Assembly: GCA_963822405.1 (NCBI GenBank)
Contig: CAWGHH010000004.1
Location: 6,226 to 70,225 of the forward strand
Direction of reading: 5' to 3'
Length of the DNA: 64,000 nt
Source of the DNA: Candidatus Uhrbacteria bacterium
GTDB lineage: Bacteria; Patescibacteriota; Patescibacteriia; UBA9934
The notes beneath the pieces are model-generated. The model ran no database searches, was not told where the DNA came from, and saw nothing but the letters and a program-made list of their open reading frames with translations. The position numbers and the translations under genes are program-made. How positions within the stretch are numbered: the first letter of the stretch is position 1; every line of letters starts with the position of its first letter. This document shows, piece by piece, positions 42,103 to 50,310 of the stretch.

Positions 42103-42231
42103 GGGCGTGAGGGATATTGCTAATGCAGCGAGGAATTGCATTTATTAGGAGGTCGACATCCTTCGAATTTTCAGAAAATAGTTCGACCGACTCTAAATGC
42201 CCGCGCCAAGTCAGCAACATCCCTCGTGCCC
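42103..42231. repeat. Expanded member of the conserved-loop palindrome family (copy 5)
   Basis: Outer imperfect 19-bp arms; inner GCATTTA-TTAGGAGGTCGA...TCGACCGACTC-TAAATGC. Confidence 0.7.
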
Positions 42232-42262
42232 GAAAGCTCATAAAGAAAGAATTCAGTGGGCG

Positions 42263-42400
42263 AATAAAAAACTCGCCCTCACAACACAATTCATTTAAGA
42301 ATTATGTGCTAAGGGCGAATTTCATTTCGCGGTGCCACCTTGCTTTGTACTTTTTATTAAGTTTTAGCCCGGCGCGATTGTCAGTCGCGTCTAACTGCCC
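42263..42400 (-). promoter_or_regulatory. T-box riboswitch (Asp) with ultra-short stem I, antiterminator and terminator
   Basis: AAGGTGGCACCGCG at 42341-42328; hairpin CGCGA-CTGACAA-TCGCG with GAC; terminator stem followed by T6; upstream of aspS. Confidence 0.8.
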
Positions 42401-42404
42401 AATG

Positions 42405-42433
42405 ACCATAGGCTGAGCCGAAAAAGTTGTCAA
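42405..42433 (-). promoter_or_regulatory. Sigma70 promoter of the aspS leader
   Basis: TTGACA-17-TATGGT. Confidence 0.7.
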
Positions 42434-42516
42434 GGTGGATAAAACTACACACATATAAATTCGTGTGTTATGTTTAAAATGCCCTGTAACGCTATTCTTC
42501 AGATAGGAGTCCCGCC

Positions 42517-42900
42517 TTGTCACACCTCGAACCGCGCCCAGCGGAAGGCAAACCCTCAACCGGCGAACACGACGCCGTCACCGTGAAAAAGAGGAAATTT
42601 ACGAAGGCAGATAAAGCCCAGTTTCAACGGATCACCGCCATTGCAGAACAGGCGGTTCATGCCATCCGATATCCCGCCGAAGCCACGGAGCAAGATCACT
42701 ACTCGCTCAAACTCCTGACAGACGCAGATGTCGTCACCATCAAGATGAGCGCCAAAGAGATGTGCAAATCCATTGGCGCTCTCAGGCGAACAATTGATGA
42801 CTTGATCGCAGGCAACGGAGCCGAAGTCGAGTGGATCAAACCGCTCAACTATCTCCTGCTTGTTCACAAGTCTCGTCCGTCACGCGGCATCGACAAATGA
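42517..42900 (+). CDS. Orphan hypothetical protein
   Basis: 127-aa ORF, AGGAG SD, hairpin terminator at 42908-42944. Confidence 0.6.
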   Translation: MSHLEPRPAEGKPSTGEHDAVTVKKRKFTKADKAQFQRITAIAEQAVHAIRYPAEATEQDHYSLKLLTDADVVTIKMSAKEMCKSIGALRRTIDDLIAGNGAEVEWIKPLNYLLLVHKSRPSRGIDK

Positions 42901-42942
42901 TGCCCTCAGCCGCTTCTCGATTCGTCGAGGAGCGGTTAACTT

Positions 42943-43722
42943 TTACGCAAAAAATAGCAAGCTCCAAAATGGCTCGTCCATCTGGTAACCGGGAACATGA
43001 TGACGCATGAGGTCATGGACGCAAGCTGCAAATGCGTTCACATGTTCAACTTTTAATGCTGGCCTAACGTAATCCGAATATTCCGACTCACGAGCAAAAC
43101 GCATGAGCGTAATAATTTCTTCTTCAATCACCCGCGCCGCCACCCATTCTTGTGGCTCGGCCAGCGTACAGTTAGTGCACACCAGTCCACCTCGGCCATC
43201 ATGCCAGCGAAAAGATAGTGGCAAAATATCGCCCTTACATGCAAGACAAGAATTGAGCTCGACCTCATAACCAAGCATCGAAAGAAGCCGCAAGAGAAAC
43301 CCACCGAGCACAAATGTTGTTCGCGCGGGTGTAAAAATACTGGTGTCGTTAAGAAACTGAAGAAGTGCTCGGTACTCATCATAAAGCTCCGGATCGGGCA
43401 TATCTTCTCTCACCGTTTTTCCGAGTAATGCCCCGGCGGCGTGTGCAAGCATTCGCCCATCAAGTGATGTCGATAACTCTCGAAAAGCATGCGAGCGCTC
43501 TGCGCCAATCACCGTCATCCCCCGCTGTCCTTTAATTATCTCAAGCGTTATTACGGCGAATGGGTCTAAATGTGGCGCGACCTTAGCTTTCCCTTTCCGA
43601 GCCCCCCGACCGATGAATTCAATTTTTCCGTGATCTCGCGTCAACGCCGAATATTTCCTATCAGCTTCCCGAAAAGGTGAAACTGTCAAAATCATGGCTT
43701 CGGTCTTAAGCGACGACCACAT
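42943..43722 (-). CDS. recO: DNA repair protein RecO
   Basis: FREADR..LTRDHGKI..GRGARK; C-terminal CxxC...CxxC. Confidence 0.92.
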   Translation of the reverse strand: MWSSLKTEAMILTVSPFREADRKYSALTRDHGKIEFIGRGARKGKAKVAPHLDPFAVITLEIIKGQRGMTVIGAERSHAFRELSTSLDGRMLAHAAGALLGKTVREDMPDPELYDEYRALLQFLNDTSIFTPARTTFVLGGFLLRLLSMLGYEVELNSCLACKGDILPLSFRWHDGRGGLVCTNCTLAEPQEWVAARVIEEEIITLMRFARESEYSDYVRPALKVEHVNAFAACVHDLMRHHVPGYQMDEPFWSLLFFA

Positions 43723-43734
43723 ACAGATTTATCA

Positions 43735-44136
43735 TTACGAGAACTGTTCCACCCCCATCGAACCTTCGTCAAAATACGCCTGAAGAATTAACATCGCGGC
43801 TAGCGCGTCTTCCTGTACTTTAGAGCCTGACTCACTCTGCATGCGTCTGGCCTCCGCAGACGAAAATTGCTCATCCGCAACATGCGTAGGAAGACCACTT
43901 TCCGCGCGTAATTTAGCCACGAATGCCAAAGTAAGTTCGAGTTGTGTTTGACTCTGGTGTTCTTCTGGCATCGGCAAACCAACCACCAAAGCCTCAATAC
44001 TTTCTTTTTTTATAACCTCGAGTACCTCTTTTATTCCCCCGCGCACAACCCCAAACGGCACAGCTACCCGAGCGCCATCGTCCCCAAGGGCAAGACCAAT
44101 TTTCTTCAAACCAAAATCTACGCCGAGATATCTCAT
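43735..44136 (-). CDS. ruvX: RuvX/YqgF family nuclease
   Basis: LGVDFGLKKIGLA, VVGLP, DEQFSS, DALAAMLILQ. Confidence 0.93.
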   Translation of the reverse strand: MRYLGVDFGLKKIGLALGDDGARVAVPFGVVRGGIKEVLEVIKKESIEALVVGLPMPEEHQSQTQLELTLAFVAKLRAESGLPTHVADEQFSSAEARRMQSESGSKVQEDALAAMLILQAYFDEGSMGVEQFS

Positions 44137-44585
44137 AACTCTGGAGTAATAAAATGTATTTTAATAACATTACCGCCACTCATAATCGGTAAATCAACCC
44201 CCGGATCATAAGACTTATTTCCATTGTCTTTAAACATGAGAGCAAAGTATTGATTGTTCGCCTCAAGAGGTTTTTCTAACTTAATGACTAGATCCTTATA
44301 TTCACCCGGCACAAGATACACGGACGAACCGACGACCGGCCCAGGAGCCTGACCAATTGCCTCATGAAAAGTCACGAAACCGGCTGCCTTAATGACCGCG
44401 TCTACATGAACCTCACCAAAATTGCCCAAACTAGGTGGCGCCACAACGAGCGCGCTTCCGGTCTCTTCAACTGGCTTGTAACTAACCTCTGGAACATTCG
44501 GGGCAAAAATAAAAAACGCCGCCACAATAAGAATAATCGCCAGCAAGATAAGCAAACCGCTCAGATCTTCTTTTTTTATATACAT
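44133..44585 (-). CDS. Membrane-anchored hypothetical protein
   Basis: N-terminal TM helix; overlapping genes in the operon. Confidence 0.7.
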   Translation of the reverse strand: MYIKKEDLSGLLILLAIILIVAAFFIFAPNVPEVSYKPVEETGSALVVAPPSLGNFGEVHVDAVIKAAGFVTFHEAIGQAPGPVVGSSVYLVPGEYKDLVIKLEKPLEANNQYFALMFKDNGNKSYDPGVDLPIMSGGNVIKIHFITPEL

Positions 44586-44782
44586 ACTTCTAACTGCTTC
44601 TTGATATATTCTTTATCTTCCTCCTCAACCGTCTCGTAATCTACAAAAAAATCACAAGAGCCGACTCTAATTTCGTATCCCCCGTCGTAGGCGTTTTCTT
44701 TTATATATACCGCGTCTTCTACTCCAAGCTCCAGAATCGCCTCCCGCAAAAACGTTTCATGAAATTCTTTTCGCTCGTGCAT
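44576..44782 (-). CDS. Small acidic hypothetical protein
   Basis: Fills the operon gap between map and the next gene. Confidence 0.55.
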   Translation of the reverse strand: MHERKEFHETFLREAILELGVEDAVYIKENAYDGGYEIRVGSCDFFVDYETVEEEDKEYIKKQLEVCI

Positions 44783-44784
44783 AG

Positions 44785-45569
44785 CTAGTATATCTTCACG
44801 GTTGGTTCAGGCGTCAACAATTCTGGACCACTCGGCAGAATAGCAATAGTTACTTCAAAATGGGCTGAAATAGATTTATCGGCCGTTATTATGGTCCAAC
44901 CGTCTTTGGCGGTCACAACATCATGAGTACCAAGCGTGACCATCGGTTCAATGGCTAAGCACATCCCCTCTTTAAGATTTGTTTTAGGAAATGCGTTACT
45001 AACATAATTCGGCACATGAGGAGATTCGTGAATGGCGTGACCTACGCCATGACCAACTAACGCCTCCACGATTCCGTATTTCTTTTTATTAATGGCCCCT
45101 CCACTGCCACGCTAATGTCATGTACAGTTCCGCCAATTTTTGCCGCCGCCACCCCCGCACGCATTGACTCACGAGTAGTGTTTAAAAGCTGTTTCAATTC
45201 ATCGGAAATTTCCCCCACAGGAACCGTGACCGCCATATCAGTGCACATGTCTTTATACCAACAACCAATATCAAGCCCAACTACATCCCCCTCATTCAGT
45301 ACTATATCTCGAGTGCCAACGCCATGAACAACCTCTTCGTTAACCGAGATACAAACAGTTGAGGGAAAGGGGGTTTTATTACCGCCCTTGTAGCCCAAAA
45401 AAGATGGCTTTCCGCCTCCCTTCTCAATAACCCCGCGCGCGATAGTATCAAGCTCATGCATGGTTACTCCCGGTCTAATCGCATCCACTGCCGCCTGAAG
45501 CGCTCTGGACAATAAAACCCCACCCTCACGCATGGCTTGGATCTCTTCTTTTGTTTTAATCAAAGCCAT
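44785..45569 (-). CDS. map: Methionine aminopeptidase type I (frameshift at the G4 run near 45096-45099)
   Basis: SVNEEVVHG, GLDIG, DMAVT; second frame GHGVG..HE.P, AIEPM, SAHFE; one extra G joins them. Confidence 0.93.
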
Positions 45570-45571
45570 AT

Positions 45572-46123
45572 CTAAAGAACAAATAATTTTTCTATCCTCT
45601 GAGCCACTTCCTCAATCGTTCCCATTCCGTCAACCTCGCGTACAACACCAAATTTCTTGTACTCATCAATAATCGGCACAGTATCTGTACTGTAAATTCC
45701 CAATCTCTTTTCAATTATTTCGGGGGTATCATCCGTCCGACCTTCAGTGACTGCTCTGTTCTGCAATCTAGCTCGAGACTCACGCTTCGGAATATCAATG
45801 ACTATAACCGCCGTTGGTTGATCAAATCCCGCAAACGCTTTCATCTGTTCAAAATTTCTAGGAAATCCATCCAAAATGTATCCACTGACCACGTCCGGTT
45901 CCATCAAACGCTTTCGCAATACCGCCTCAGCCACTACGTCAGAAACCAAATTTCCAGTATCAACTATTGCCCTGACTTTCTCGGCCAGAGGCCCCTCTCC
46001 TTTAGCCTCTTCTCGCAAGAGATGGCCCATAGACAAATATGGTATCCCAAGATGTGCCGACAGTCTGGCCGCCTGCGTCCCCTTTCCGCACCCCTGTGGT
46101 CCCAATATTAGAATTCTATGCAT
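45572..46123 (-). CDS. adk: Adenylate kinase (short LID)
   Basis: GPQGCGKGTQA, LDGFPR, GRTDD. Confidence 0.96.
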   Translation of the reverse strand: MHRILILGPQGCGKGTQAARLSAHLGIPYLSMGHLLREEAKGEGPLAEKVRAIVDTGNLVSDVVAEAVLRKRLMEPDVVSGYILDGFPRNFEQMKAFAGFDQPTAVIVIDIPKRESRARLQNRAVTEGRTDDTPEIIEKRLGIYSTDTVPIIDEYKKFGVVREVDGMGTIEEVAQRIEKLFVL

Positions 46124-46129
46124 AAGCTA

Positions 46130-47142
46130 CTAAGGGATGATAGATGCTATACAGGCTTGTTGCAAGATATACCCCTCACAATGGTCAAGCATTCCCAAAT
46201 ATGACGAGATATTCGTCGAATTAACCTTCCTCAACATCCGCCTTTTCGTCTTAGTTCTCAGCACCCGGTGGTACGGCCGAGTGACATATCCAAGGAAATC
46301 AATCCCTTGTGATAATTTCCTGACCTCGATTTTTCTAGGATGAAGTTCGAGTCGTCTCTCCCGCCAAAACCAAGCCTCAATCCAGGGAATAAGCTCTTTA
46401 AGCCGATCTCTGTCTTGATCAAGAATAACCGCATCATCGGCAAACCGAATATAGAACCTTTCTCGTAAATCTTCTTTGATAAAATGGTCGAATGCATCCA
46501 TGTAGACATTTGCAAACAATTGACTGGTCAAATTTCCAATCGGCAGTCCAACCATCCGAACGTCTTTTAGTGAACCCCCCCCCCAACCCTGTCATGCAAA
46601 ATCGAAACATGAAAACTACCCACAATCTCCCGGAGTAACGTCATCACGCGCCGGTCCTGAATCTTTTCGTCAAGTAGCCCGAGCAAAATCTCGTGATCCA
46701 CCGAATCAAAAAACCTTCTAATATCAAATTTAAGTGCCCAACAAGAATCCGTCCAATTCTCGCTTGTCTTTCTCACAAAAACCTCAAGCCGCTCCACTGC
46801 GGCATGCGTCCCCTTATCATCCCGACACGAATAACTATCAAAGATAAATGACCGTTCAAAAATCGGTAGCAGAACCCGATAAATAGCGTGATGAACAAGT
46901 CGATCACGAACAGTTGCCTTATTAATTATTCGTGGCTTGGGGTCAAAGACTTTGAACCGATGATACGGCCCATGTCGATAGGTGCCGTTAAACAGTTCTT
47001 CATGCAGTTCAAACACATGATCTTCAAGATTCCGTTCAAACATCTGCACGTCAATTCGCCCACGTTTGCCATCAGCACAAAATTCACGCCATGCGTTAAA
47101 TAGATTCGTCTTACTAACTATCTTTGAAAATATGTCTCTCAT
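46130..47142 (-). CDS. DGR reverse transcriptase, frameshifted at a G10 tract (46575-46584)
   Basis: DPKPRII, VRDRLVHHA, KFDIRRFFDSVDH, then GLPIGNLTSQLFANVY, RFADD, GIDFLGY; G11 or G8 restores one ~337-aa frame. Confidence 0.93.
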
Positions 47143-47476
47143 ACAAGAAGCGCCAGTATTCCAGTTAATTTATGACGAGCTCAAGGCGTTCCATCTCCTC
47201 AGAAAGAAGTTCGATAAAGGTGAACGGTATTCACTTGGCGAAAAAACCGAGCAAACACTACTTGACGTGCTCTTAGAGATCATCAAGGCCGGAACGTCAA
47301 AAAATGAATGGAAAATTGCCGCCATAGACTCCGCCAGTAAGCATCTTGAGGTCACTAAAATTCTCCTAAGACTCGCAAACGACATGGAACAGATTGAGGA
47401 TAAACATTATGAGGAACATCAGGAACGGATCAGCAGGGCGGGAAGAATGCTCGGTGGCTGGCGAAAAGCATCATAA
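47132..47476 (+). CDS. avd: DGR accessory variability determinant (Avd-like four-helix bundle)
   Basis: KFDKGERYSLGEK...KILLRLA...GRMLGGW. Confidence 0.88.
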   Translation: MSLIQEAPVFQLIYDELKAFHLLRKKFDKGERYSLGEKTEQTLLDVLLEIIKAGTSKNEWKIAAIDSASKHLEVTKILLRLANDMEQIEDKHYEEHQERISRAGRMLGGWRKAS

Positions 47477-47478
47477 CG

Positions 47479-47505
47479 CAAACGCCCAGCTCAGCTGGAC
47501 GTTTG
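47479..47505. other. Hairpin between the avd stop and the TR 3' end
   Basis: CAAACGCCCAGC-TCA-GCTGGACGTTTG. Confidence 0.6.
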
Positions 47506-47516
47506 AGAGAAAACAG

Positions 47517-47642
47517 TCCCGGCGGAAGACTACCGTGCCGTACTGCGGATTCGCGTCATCGTTCCTGTTGTCGTTCAGCTTCGGCGAACCGTTCCACACC
47601 AGGAGGTACGCGCAGTTCGAGCGGTTCTCACGGTGGACGGAA
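47517..47642 (-). repeat. DGR template repeat (TR)
   Basis: 126-bp ungapped match to VR; 6 AAC and 1 AAT codons in the target frame; all 12 mismatches are TR adenines. Confidence 0.96.
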
Positions 47643-47880
47643 AGATCTTCTGTATGCCAGACCCCATCTATTTCACCTCAGCTTCCGCACTAGGCGCGAG
47701 GTTGCTGATGAATTTCATTTAGGCCATATCCTAAGAATCTGGCAAGGAGTGTCTCATCTGATCGTACGCTCCCGTGTCTCACAACACGGAATTCTGACGA
47801 TAGCTCGTTTGAGGATTTCGGGGCCGGAGAGGCTTAGTTCTTCGTTCATTACCCTACTCTCAAGATGAGTATATATGAAA

Positions 47881-47912
47881 ATCCTCCAGTCAGCTTGCGC
47901 CGACCGGAGGAT
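47881..47912 (-). other. Hairpin downstream of VR (candidate DGR target-recognition stem-loop)
   Basis: ATCCTCCGGTCGGC-GCAA-GCTGACTGGAGGAT on the minus strand, ~50 bp after the target stop. Confidence 0.6.
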
Positions 47913-47960
47913 CGAGGGTTGATGGCACGAGAAGCACCGAGAACCCAATGACCGAGGACT

Positions 47961-48740
47961 TTACTCCCGGCGGAAGACTACCGCGCCGCACTGCGGATGC
48001 GCGTCATCGTCCCTGAAGCCGTGCAGCTTCGGCGAACCGTACCACACCAGGAGGTACGCGCAGCACGAGCGGTTCCCACGGTGGACGGAACCAGGCAAGT
48101 CCATCACGTGCTCGCCTTCCACCGCCACGTTCTGGCTCTGATGGTGAATCCAGATTGCCAGGCCAACTTCCGCAGTTCCAGGGAAGAAGCCACGCTTCAC
48201 GGCCTCTTCCCGGCACACGCTCGGCTTCTTGCCGCGGTTCACGCGCCCGTCATGCGCCCGGATCCAGTGTGGCTCTGCCGGCGTGATGTCGCGCGGGCTG
48301 TACGGCTCCAGATTGGACACGCCGCAGTCTTTCACGAGAGCCAGCTCGCAGGTCTTCACCAGCCCGTTGACCGGGTAGACGAGGGTCAGGAGCGGGAAGT
48401 CGGGGTCATGCTCGAGGAGCGAGTCCGGGATCTCCGGGATGGTGGCCAAGAAGGCCTCCCAGAGATCCTTGCCCTTAAGCCGCCCGTTGAACTTCAGGTC
48501 GTACAAGCGCTTCGCCTGCGTTACCCGGGTATCGTCCGGCTTGCGGCGGCCCAACTTCTGAAGCGCCTCCTGGAAGGCCTTGGGCAGCTTGTTGCCGGAC
48601 TCGATGATCCGCTGAGCGGACTCGCCGTCCAACTCGTCCAACTTGCTCGTGAGCACCAAGAAGGCGTCCTCCACGAACCGCTTAAGTTGTTTCTTCTGTC
48701 CATCCGTCTGACCAGACGTGATCGCCTTGGGCGTCATCAT
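47961..48740 (-). CDS. DGR target (variable) protein with C-terminal VR
   Basis: 259 aa, GC-rich, TTAGGAGGT SD; VR encodes the last ~41 residues. Confidence 0.92.
   Translation of the reverse strand: MMTPKAITSGQTDGQKKQLKRFVEDAFLVLTSKLDELDGESAQRIIESGNKLPKAFQEALQKLGRRKPDDTRVTQAKRLYDLKFNGRLKGKDLWEAFLATIPEIPDSLLEHDPDFPLLTLVYPVNGLVKTCELALVKDCGVSNLEPYSPRDITPAEPHWIRAHDGRVNRGKKPSVCREEAVKRGFFPGTAEVGLAIWIHHQSQNVAVEGEHVMDLPGSVHRGNRSCCAYLLVWYGSPKLHGFRDDDAHPQCGAVVFRRE
47965..48090 (-). repeat. DGR variable repeat (VR)
   Basis: 114/126 identical to TR, at the 3' end of the target gene. Confidence 0.96.
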
Positions 48741-48815
48741 CCACCTCCTAACACATGGGTTCCGCCATGTCGGTTTGTACCGGAATCACCCAACGGATGT
48801 GCCGATAACCGGCTA

Positions 48816-48844
48816 ATCATAGCAAAAAAATGGTCTTTTGTCAA
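48816..48844 (-). promoter_or_regulatory. Sigma70 promoter of the DGR target gene
   Basis: TTGACA-17-TATGAT with extended TG. Confidence 0.75.
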
Positions 48845-48938
48845 GGTAAAATCACCATAAATTGGCTAATTCAAGCCAAACAAAAAGTCCATCTCTAGAT
48901 TCTTCGCCCATGCTCAGAAACGAATTCGGCAAATCACC

Positions 48939-48964
48939 AAAACGACCCCGTTAAGGGTCGTTTG
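48939..48964 (-). terminator. Terminator downstream of secY
   Basis: AAACGACCC/GGGTCGTTT stem. Confidence 0.6.
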
Positions 48965-49029
48965 TCTTATCTCGTCTTGTGCGCGTCTCCCCCTCCACGA
49001 AGTGGAGGGGGTTTAGGGGGAAGGAAAAT

Positions 49030-50295
49030 CTATTTGTTGTCGTAGCTGCGCATAGTCAGCTGGGCCTCAATCTGCTTCACCATGTCGATAATAACGGACA
49101 CAACAATGATGACAGACGACCCACCAACTACCAGGTTCTTTGTACCAGTGATGTCCTGCATGATAACCGGCAAGACAGCAATAGCGCCCAAGAAGAATGC
49201 TCCGAGCAAGAGAAGACGATTCGTTACCCACTGCAAATACTTTGCGGTCTGCTCGCCAGGACGAACGCCTGGAATGAAACCTCCTTGTTTCTGCAAATTC
49301 TCAGCGACTTGTTCGGGCTTGAAGACGACTGACGCGTAGAAGAAAGTGAAAGAGAAAACCAAGGTAAAGTAAACTGCACCGTAGAATAGATTATTACCAA
49401 ACAAAGCAATTGTCTTCGTGGCAATCTGCTGAATCATTTCCGTACGCGCGTTCACAAAGAACTGGGCAATGAGCGGAGGTAAAACGATCAGAGACATAGC
49501 AAACAAAATCGGGATCATGCCGCCCATATTAACTCTAAGTGGCAAGGAGGAATTTACACTTGATCCCGCACCGCCACCTCTAGCATATTGCACCGGAATA
49601 TTGCGCTGAGCCTCACTGACATAAACAACACCAACAACAGTAACAATAGTAAGCCCAAGGAAAAGAAGAATATTCGTCGTGTCAGCACTGGTGGTCGAAG
49701 CTAAAGATTGAGCAATAAAACTCGGCGCAGAAGCAATGATACCGCTGAAGATCATGATCGAAAGACCATTTCCCATCTTTCGCTCAGAAATCAACTCGCC
49801 CAACCACATCAAGAAAATAGTTCCAGCCATCATGGAGAGCATGGCCAGAAGATAATCCATGGATGTGAACGTGATGTGAACACCTGATGAAGCGCTAGAC
49901 TGCTGAAGAAGCTTCAAGATGCTGTACCCCTGAAGAAATGACAATGGCACCGTCAACATTCTAGTCCAACGATTAATCTTCTGGCGTCCCTGTTCTTCCT
50001 GCTGCATCTCCTCAACAGAAGGGAAAATCATCCCAAGAAGCTGAAAGATAATTGAGGACGTAATATATGGACCAACGCCAAGAGCTACGATAGAAAAGCT
50101 TTTCAGCGTTCCTCCGGAGAAGACGTTAAGAAGTCCCAAAAACTGGTTACCAGCAAGTAATGACTCCAGTCCGGACGAATCTATTCCCGGTACCGGGATA
50201 TGTGCCGCAAACCGGAAAACCGTGACACAGAGAAGCATGAAGAGTAGGCCGTTCCGGAGTTCTTTCGTCTTCAGGATCCGCAGGAATACGTTCAT
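49030..50295 (-). CDS. secY: Preprotein translocase SecY
   Basis: HIPVPG, ALGVGPYITSSII, WLGELI, GNGLS, FIPGVRPG. Confidence 0.98.
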   Translation of the reverse strand: MNVFLRILKTKELRNGLLFMLLCVTVFRFAAHIPVPGIDSSGLESLLAGNQFLGLLNVFSGGTLKSFSIVALGVGPYITSSIIFQLLGMIFPSVEEMQQEEQGRQKINRWTRMLTVPLSFLQGYSILKLLQQSSASSGVHITFTSMDYLLAMLSMMAGTIFLMWLGELISERKMGNGLSIMIFSGIIASAPSFIAQSLASTTSADTTNILLFLGLTIVTVVGVVYVSEAQRNIPVQYARGGGAGSSVNSSLPLRVNMGGMIPILFAMSLIVLPPLIAQFFVNARTEMIQQIATKTIALFGNNLFYGAVYFTLVFSFTFFYASVVFKPEQVAENLQKQGGFIPGVRPGEQTAKYLQWVTNRLLLLGAFFLGAIAVLPVIMQDITGTKNLVVGGSSVIIVVSVIIDMVKQIEAQLTMRSYDNK

Positions 50296-50310
50296 ACCGA
50301 TAAAGAATGG

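Larger units (their letters stand above)
46130..48844 (-). mobile_element. Diversity-generating retroelement cassette (target/VR, TR, avd, RT)
   Basis: All canonical components lie within 2.7 kb. Confidence 0.93.

Noticed and set aside
42302-42559. Short ORFs in the aspS upstream region
   Set aside because: The region is better explained by the promoter, T-box and terminator.
46130-47142. RT as a group II intron, retron or Abi RT
   Set aside because: Short RT without maturase or endonuclease domains, with the DGR-type GLPIGNLTSQ motif and adjacent Avd and TR/VR.
47997-48860. 287-aa plus-strand ORF over the DGR target
   Set aside because: Antisense shadow of a GC-rich gene; the SD, promoter and VR polarity support the minus strand.
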